A stretch of 64,000 bases of DNA from a virus: positions 111,136 through 175,135 of IMG/VR virus record IMGVR_UViG_3300032287_003559; one strand, 5' to 3'. The notes beneath the pieces were generated by a model. That model had not been told where the DNA came from. It made no database searches and saw only the letters and a program-made list of their open reading frames with translations. The translations under genes were made by a program, and so were the position numbers. The first letter of the stretch is position 1, and every line of letters starts with the position of its first letter. Of the stretch, positions 58,233 to 64,000 are shown piece by piece.

Positions 58233-59111
58233 ATGGCTCCTATATTATCAAGGTTCTCTAATATTGGCGGTGGTACTGGTGGATTTGGATTTGGAAACAT
58301 AAAAAGCAACTTTTCAGTATTTGCAACAGGATCTTATGCAACTTCCATTCCAGGAAATGGGTATATTTATTATTTTTTTACAGGACCTGGAAGTTTTAAT
58401 GTAACTTCTGGTGCGAGGTCTGTTGATTATGTTGTTGTTGGTGGTGGTGGAGGTGCTGGAAGTACATTTGATAATTGGGCTGGTGGTGGAGGTGGAGCGG
58501 GTGGATTTAGAACAGGAAATATGTTTCTCCTAGTTGGTACTTATCCAGTTACTGTTGGTGCTGGAAGTGCATCAAATACTCCAGGAAATCCTTCCACATT
58601 TAATAATATAACTTCTACTGGTGGTGGAAACGGAGGTCCTGGAACTGCAAGTCCCACCCCCGGAGGGTCTGGAGGATGTGGTGGTGGAGGTGCTACTAGT
58701 GGTTCAGGAGGGATAGGAAATACTCCAGCAACTACTCCCAGTCAAGGTAATCCAGGATTTTCTTGCGTAACTCCCGGAACTGGATGGCCAAGTGGTGGTG
58801 GAGGTGGTGCAGGAACAGGAGGACCTGCTACCCAAACTCCCGGTGGAAATGGTTTAGCAGCATTTTCTGGAGATACTGGTGTTCCAGCTTCTTATGGATC
58901 TCCAGGACCAACTCCAGGCAGATGGTTTGCTGGTGGAGGTTCTGGGTATCCTGGAACTGGCGGTGTTGGTGGTGGTGGAAATAGTCCTGGTGTAAGTGGA
59001 TCCACCAATACAGGAGGTGGTGGAGGTAGTGCGTGGCCGAGTGGAGCAGGAGCCACCATACCTGGAGGATCTGGTGGTCCTGGAATAGTTATCATTCGTT
59101 ACTTAGCATAA
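58233..59111 (+). CDS. Glycine-rich adhesin-like protein
   Basis: VDYVVVGGGGGAG, GGGGAGG, GGSGGPGIVIIRY. Confidence 0.8.
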   Translation: MAPILSRFSNIGGGTGGFGFGNIKSNFSVFATGSYATSIPGNGYIYYFFTGPGSFNVTSGARSVDYVVVGGGGGAGSTFDNWAGGGGGAGGFRTGNMFLLVGTYPVTVGAGSASNTPGNPSTFNNITSTGGGNGGPGTASPTPGGSGGCGGGGATSGSGGIGNTPATTPSQGNPGFSCVTPGTGWPSGGGGGAGTGGPATQTPGGNGLAAFSGDTGVPASYGSPGPTPGRWFAGGGSGYPGTGGVGGGGNSPGVSGSTNTGGGGGSAWPSGAGATIPGGSGGPGIVIIRYLA

Positions 59112-59132
59112 ATATTTAAAAACTATACGAAA

Positions 59133-59315
59133 ATGTCGCAACTACAAGTTGACAGAATTATTAACAATGCAGGAACTGGTGCTCCAACTTGCCCTAGTGG
59201 ATTAGTTGTATCAAGCGCATCAACTGTCGGATTTGCTTTAACAGTGACTGGTAATTTAAACGTAACAGGAAGTATTCCTAAAGCAGTTGCGTTTTCTATC
59301 GCATTAGGAGTATAA
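59133..59315 (+). CDS. 60-aa virion-like protein
   Basis: MSQLQVDRI..AGTGAP resembles the N-terminus of 62591; ends AFSIALGV; ATAAATA upstream. Confidence 0.65.
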   Translation: MSQLQVDRIINNAGTGAPTCPSGLVVSSASTVGFALTVTGNLNVTGSIPKAVAFSIALGV

Positions 59316-59319
59316 AAAA

Positions 59320-59517
59320 ATGGTATCCACAAATACAACATATAGAATTTTTACTGAAAAAATGGGAGCAACCGATCCAACACTTTTTGTTGGAGATGAA
59401 GGAGAGATTTTTTATAATCCTTTAGATGGAAATATTAGATATTCCAATGGAGTAATTCCTGGTGGAATAAACAAGCAAACATCAATGATTGCATTTTCTG
59501 TTGCTTTTGGTATATAA
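59320..59517 (+). CDS. 65-aa virion-like protein
   Basis: FVGDEGEIFY..YSNGVIPGG; ends AFSVAFGI. Confidence 0.65.
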   Translation: MVSTNTTYRIFTEKMGATDPTLFVGDEGEIFYNPLDGNIRYSNGVIPGGINKQTSMIAFSVAFGI

Positions 59518-59562
59518 ACCAATAAAGAGAATAAATAACCTTAACGAACAAAGTTTTCTCAG

Positions 59563-62500
59563 ATGGCAAAAAAATTAAGATATAACTACACATTTACTCC
59601 AGCAACTAATACAGTTGTATTAAATGGGTATACTGATGCGAAAAGATTGCTATTAATTACGAATACAAAAAATAATACAATCATTTATAATTTTGCAGAT
59701 ACTTCTTTAACTGCGACTTCGGTATCATATAGTGCAGTAACAGATACTACAACTATTGTATTATCATATAACTGCTCTTCAATGCTTTCTACTGATCCTC
59801 TACAAATCTTTACAGAAGAGGATTCAGTAGCATTTTCTCCAGGAGAAGTTCTTCAAGATCCTGTTAATAAATTCCGCACATCACAGCCACAGGCACTGAT
59901 TGATACTGACTTTGAATATGGAATTCAGACAACTAAGTGGGAAAACTTAGCAGCAGTCAATAATCGCCCATTTGCATTCCCTTCTTCATTTGGTATTGTA
60001 CCTGTTAATACCATTACCATTCCAACAAACTCAAGAACAGTAACTGTTGGATTAGCAACTGCTGCACCAGGTATTGGATCAGCAATCTATGTTCAGGATG
60101 CGATCTTAAATATTGCAAATGGAAATTTTGTTGTAGAAAGCAATAGTGGCGCAGGAAACACAATTTTTACATATACTGCGAGAGCAACCAATACTACAGC
60201 AATCACTAACATATTTGATCCAACTAAAACGGGTATTTACTCAGGCACAACTTACACTGGTGCTGCGATTGGAGGTGCTCCAACATTCGTTACGACTACA
60301 GTTGGAACTGCGGTTACGGTTACCACAACTATTCCACATGGTCTAGCACTTGGAAGTGAAGTTGCTATTGTTGGATCTTCAAGAACAGAAGCTAATGGTT
60401 CATTTGTTGTTTCCACAATCAATAACAACACCACGTTTACATGTTACTCAAACTTTGCACCAGCAGCAAACCCAACTGGCGGTCTTGTTTATGTAAGACC
60501 AAGAGCTCAATTCTTACATCGTCCATTTGATGGTGGAGTTATTTTCTCATCTAATGCAGTTGCTAACTATGAAACAGCAACAAGACAGACCAGAAGATAT
60601 TTCCGTTATCAATCAGGTAAAGGTATTCAGATCAGTTCAGGTACAATTCTGAAGCCAAACCTACAAATTGATAGCCTAACTTCATCAGGAACGACAGTTA
60701 CTGTTCAAACAAAAGAGCAACACAATATTCAAGCAGCAATTCCAGGAACAACAGTCACAATTTCTGGTGCAAATGAGTCTGCATATAATGGTACTTTTGC
60801 TATTACATCCGTCACAGGATATAATACCTTCCAATATACTGCACTAACTACTCCTTCATCATCTGTTGCATCGGGCATGTATTATTGCTCAGTCTCCGGT
60901 TGGTATGGGTGTTCTAATCGTTTGGGTGCATTTGATTCTCAGAATGGAGTATTCTTTGAATTTGATGGACAAACTCTTTATGCAGTTCGTCGCTCTTCTA
61001 CTTTCCAAATTGCAGGTAAAGTTTCAGTCACAAATGGATCCGCAACAGTCACTCAAACAAATGCAGCATTCCCAACATATTTTACCAAACAATTAAATAT
61101 TGGTGATTATATTGTTCTTCGTGGTCAATCATATCGTATTGCTGATATTGCAAGCGATACTTCACTAACTATCACTCCAGGATATCGTGGAACATCTGCA
61201 GATTATGTGATTGCTTCAGAAACAGTTGATGTTAGAATTCCACAATCGCAATGGAATCTTGATAGATGTGATGGAACTGGTCCATCTGGATTTAATTTGG
61301 ATCTCACCAAGATGCAAATGTTTTATATTGATTATTCTTGGTATGGTGCAGGATTTATTCGTTGGGGATTTAGAGGAACGAATGGAGATGTTATTTACTG
61401 CCATAAGGCACCAAATAACAATGTTAATACAGAAGCATACATGCGTTCTGGTAACTTACCAGCACGTTACGAAAGCGAAAGTCGCCCTCCAATAACATAT
61501 CTAACTTCAACGCTCAGCAATACTGCTACAACTGTTGGCGTTGCATCTACTGCAGGATTCCCAACTTCGGGAACACTTGTTATTCGTAATGCTGGTACTT
61601 ATGAATATGTCAATTATTCAGGACTTACTACAAATAGTTTCACAGGACTGACAAGAGCAAGATCCGGAATTTTAACTTCATTACCTTTAACTGTTGCAGC
61701 TGGTTCAAACGTAGCAATTGGAAGCACTGCTAATCTTCAAGTCGGTCAAAGAATTATTAATGGATTCCCTAACGGAACTTATATTAGTTTTATTGGGAAT
61801 GGTACAATTACTGCAAGTCAGGCAGCAACATCAACAAACCCATCAGTAATTGTTCCTCCGATGGGTGCAGTTGGTCTTGGAACAACATTTACATATTCTG
61901 CTTCCGACCCAGTAGCGATTGAACTTGCATATCCAACCTATGGTCCTTCAATTTCTCACTGGGGAACATCAGTTATTATGGATGGAAGATTTGATGACGA
62001 CAAATCTCTGATCTTTACTTATGGTCAGACAGGTACAACTAACATTGCATCTGGTGCATCAAGAGCACTTTTCTCCATTCGTGTCGCACCTTCAATTGAT
62101 AATGGCGTTACTGGTGCATTTGGTGCTAGAGAACTGATTAACAGAATGCAATTGAAGTTAGTTGCACTTGATATTTCTGTTGTTGGTGTTACTACTGGTT
62201 CTCTACTTGTTCGTGCATATCTAAACGGATCTCCATCATCAGCAACCAACTGGACAAATGCTGTCGGCAACGCAGCAAACAGTGTAAATTCATCTCTTGC
62301 ACAAATTGCCGACTATGGTGGTGGTAGCACTACCATTTCTGGTGGTGAGGTCACTGCTGGATTCTTCGTTGGTTCAGGTGCAAACTCTATTGATCTTTCT
62401 AACGTTCGTGATTTGGGTAACAGTATTCTCGGTGGAGGTGGTGCAACCGCAAATACTCAAATTTATCCTGATGGACCAGACACACTTACGATTGTTGCTA

Positions 62501-62565
62501 CAAACTTAAGTGCTGGATCAGTTAATGTTGCGGGAAGATTGTCCTGGACTGAAGCACAAGCATAA
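59563..62565 (+). CDS. Large virion structural protein (1000 aa)
   Basis: FRTSQPQALIDTDFEYG, RQTRRYFRYQSGKG, IDYSWYGAG; late promoter upstream. Confidence 0.75.
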   Translation: MAKKLRYNYTFTPATNTVVLNGYTDAKRLLLITNTKNNTIIYNFADTSLTATSVSYSAVTDTTTIVLSYNCSSMLSTDPLQIFTEEDSVAFSPGEVLQDPVNKFRTSQPQALIDTDFEYGIQTTKWENLAAVNNRPFAFPSSFGIVPVNTITIPTNSRTVTVGLATAAPGIGSAIYVQDAILNIANGNFVVESNSGAGNTIFTYTARATNTTAITNIFDPTKTGIYSGTTYTGAAIGGAPTFVTTTVGTAVTVTTTIPHGLALGSEVAIVGSSRTEANGSFVVSTINNNTTFTCYSNFAPAANPTGGLVYVRPRAQFLHRPFDGGVIFSSNAVANYETATRQTRRYFRYQSGKGIQISSGTILKPNLQIDSLTSSGTTVTVQTKEQHNIQAAIPGTTVTISGANESAYNGTFAITSVTGYNTFQYTALTTPSSSVASGMYYCSVSGWYGCSNRLGAFDSQNGVFFEFDGQTLYAVRRSSTFQIAGKVSVTNGSATVTQTNAAFPTYFTKQLNIGDYIVLRGQSYRIADIASDTSLTITPGYRGTSADYVIASETVDVRIPQSQWNLDRCDGTGPSGFNLDLTKMQMFYIDYSWYGAGFIRWGFRGTNGDVIYCHKAPNNNVNTEAYMRSGNLPARYESESRPPITYLTSTLSNTATTVGVASTAGFPTSGTLVIRNAGTYEYVNYSGLTTNSFTGLTRARSGILTSLPLTVAAGSNVAIGSTANLQVGQRIINGFPNGTYISFIGNGTITASQAATSTNPSVIVPPMGAVGLGTTFTYSASDPVAIELAYPTYGPSISHWGTSVIMDGRFDDDKSLIFTYGQTGTTNIASGASRALFSIRVAPSIDNGVTGAFGARELINRMQLKLVALDISVVGVTTGSLLVRAYLNGSPSSATNWTNAVGNAANSVNSSLAQIADYGGGSTTISGGEVTAGFFVGSGANSIDLSNVRDLGNSILGGGGATANTQIYPDGPDTLTIVATNLSAGSVNVAGRLSWTEAQA

Positions 62566-62590
62566 TAAATACTAAAAAGTATCCAGAGAT

Positions 62591-63355
62591 ATGTCACAGT
62601 TAAATGTTGATTTAATCAAAAACAGAGCAGGAACTGGTGGTCCAACTCTTTCTGCTTTAACTGTGACTGATGGTGTGGTTGTTGGTGGTGCATTGACTGT
62701 AACTGGAAACCTTACAGTCAATGGTACGCAAACGATTGTTAATACTACTGTACTGGATGTAAAAGATACCAATATTGGTATTGGATCTACATCCAGTCCA
62801 AATGATGCATGGATCAATGGTGGTGGTTTAACATTTTATGGGACCACCAATAAAACTATTACATGGAATCAAAGCTCTGATGATTTTACGTTTAGTAATG
62901 GTATTGATATTAAAGGTGCTGTAGAAACAGTATCAGTTGCTACTACAATTGGTATTGCAGGAACAAATAGAATTGTATTGGAATGTGATGCAAGAAATGG
63001 TACTGTTTTTACTCATGATCTAACAAATGGAATTGTTGGAATTACCTCTCTTAAGAATTTTCCAGTAACCAAAAATTCAGCAACTACATATACAGTTATT
63101 TTCACGCAAAATGCAACAGGAACTGGAAATACAACTGCAGCAACTGGAATTACAACAAATATATTTCTAACTCCTTATGGAGTATCTGGATTCACAACAA
63201 CCTCTAAAGTTTCGGCAGCATCTACAATTACTCTCTCATCAGTTTCTCTTGATGTTGATATTGTAAGCTTTATGGTTCATTACAATGGTTCTGGTACTGG
63301 TAATGTAAATAACTACAAGGTTTATGCAACAAATAGTGGATTCTTTAGGTATTGA
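62591..63355 (+). CDS. Short fibre/adaptor protein
   Basis: LTVTGNLTVNGT; C-terminal domain similar to the C-terminus of 54441. Confidence 0.7.
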   Translation: MSQLNVDLIKNRAGTGGPTLSALTVTDGVVVGGALTVTGNLTVNGTQTIVNTTVLDVKDTNIGIGSTSSPNDAWINGGGLTFYGTTNKTITWNQSSDDFTFSNGIDIKGAVETVSVATTIGIAGTNRIVLECDARNGTVFTHDLTNGIVGITSLKNFPVTKNSATTYTVIFTQNATGTGNTTAATGITTNIFLTPYGVSGFTTTSKVSAASTITLSSVSLDVDIVSFMVHYNGSGTGNVNNYKVYATNSGFFRY

Positions 63356-63376
63356 TAAGAATTAGGAGAAATTATT

Positions 63377-64000
63377 GTGGCACCATTTTTTACTGGGGTT
63401 TCGAGAAGTCTAAGTAGTTTTGCATCTAATAATTCATTTGTTGCAACTGGTGGAAATGTTGTAGAAATTTTTACTGATGTTAATGGCGTAAGATGGAAGG
63501 TTCATATTTTCACTTCTTCTGGAAATTTTACCATAGTTTCATTAGGAATTTCTGGAGTAACTAGACCTACTTCGCTCACATCTTTAGTTGTTGCTGGAGG
63601 AGGAGGTGGTGGTAGAGATGGTGGTGCAGGTGGTGGTGGCGGTGGAGTAATAGAAACAGTACATCCAATATCATCAATATCTCCATACTTAGGAACTAGA
63701 ATTCCAATCACTGTTGGTTCTGGAGGAGTAGGTGGAGGAGCAAATCCCGGTCAAGGAGTAAATGGAAATCCATCATCGTTTGGATCACTTATAACTTCTG
63801 CTGGTGGTGGAGGTGGTGGATCTCTCAATAAAGCTGACCCAACAACACAAACTTCAAATGCAGGATCGCCCGGAGGCTCTGGCGGTGGAGGTGGAGCTGG
63901 ATTTCGTCAAGGTTCTGGGGGAGGAACGGGAAATACTCCACCAGTTGCACCTCCGCAAGGAAATCCCGGAGGAACTGGAACATTTTCTTTTGATGTAAAC
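63377..64000 (+). CDS. Glycine-rich adhesin-like protein, 3'-truncated (not in the ORF track)
   Basis: AGGAG RBS, GTG start; MAPFFTG..KVHIFTSSGNF..LVVAGGGGGG..GGAGGGGGG; open to the window end. Confidence 0.8.
   Translation, partial: MAPFFTGVSRSLSSFASNNSFVATGGNVVEIFTDVNGVRWKVHIFTSSGNFTIVSLGISGVTRPTSLTSLVVAGGGGGGRDGGAGGGGGGVIETVHPISSISPYLGTRIPITVGSGGVGGGANPGQGVNGNPSSFGSLITSAGGGGGGSLNKADPTTQTSNAGSPGGSGGGGGAGFRQGSGGGTGNTPPVAPPQGNPGGTGTFSFDVN

Noticed and set aside
44869-64000. Diversity-generating retroelement or invertase shufflon acting on fibre genes
   Set aside because: No reverse transcriptase or recombinase ORF in the window; the repeats are direct, coding and not adenine-specific variants as far as I can see.

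Overview
This is an AT-rich 64 kb segment of a T4-like cyanomyovirus (Kyanoviridae-like; a freshwater lineage is my inference). Positions 1-19.7 kb are rich in auxiliary metabolic genes: porin, ahcY, pstS, two hli, peroxiredoxin, a group I intron-split psbA followed by an endonuclease VII-type homing endonuclease, talC, PTOX, zwf, gnd, glutaredoxin, speD, tandem glutamine riboswitch aptamers, thyX and phoH. Next come T4 core genes (gp33, gp59, gp32, gp53, gp48, gp4, gp26, gp51, gp5), two tape-measure-like proteins with lysozyme domains, cp12, two tRNAs with HNH and GIY-YIG endonucleases, and a Mom-like gene. A long tail-fibre/adhesin region runs from 44.9 kb to the end. The best new observation is a complete -1 programmed ribosomal frameshift signal (A_AAA_AAG, 6-nt spacer, two 9-bp stems forming an H-type pseudoknot) that would fuse a C39-like peptidase to a GH24 lysozyme lacking its own ATG. 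A second -1 candidate (T_TTT_TTC plus hairpin) joins gp26 to gp51. Also notable are an unusually divergent D1 protein, a tRNA-Leu without a long variable arm, a GC-rich insert in a fibre gene, and repeated fibre/adhesin two-gene cassettes. All family assignments come from motif recognition by eye; no database search was run.
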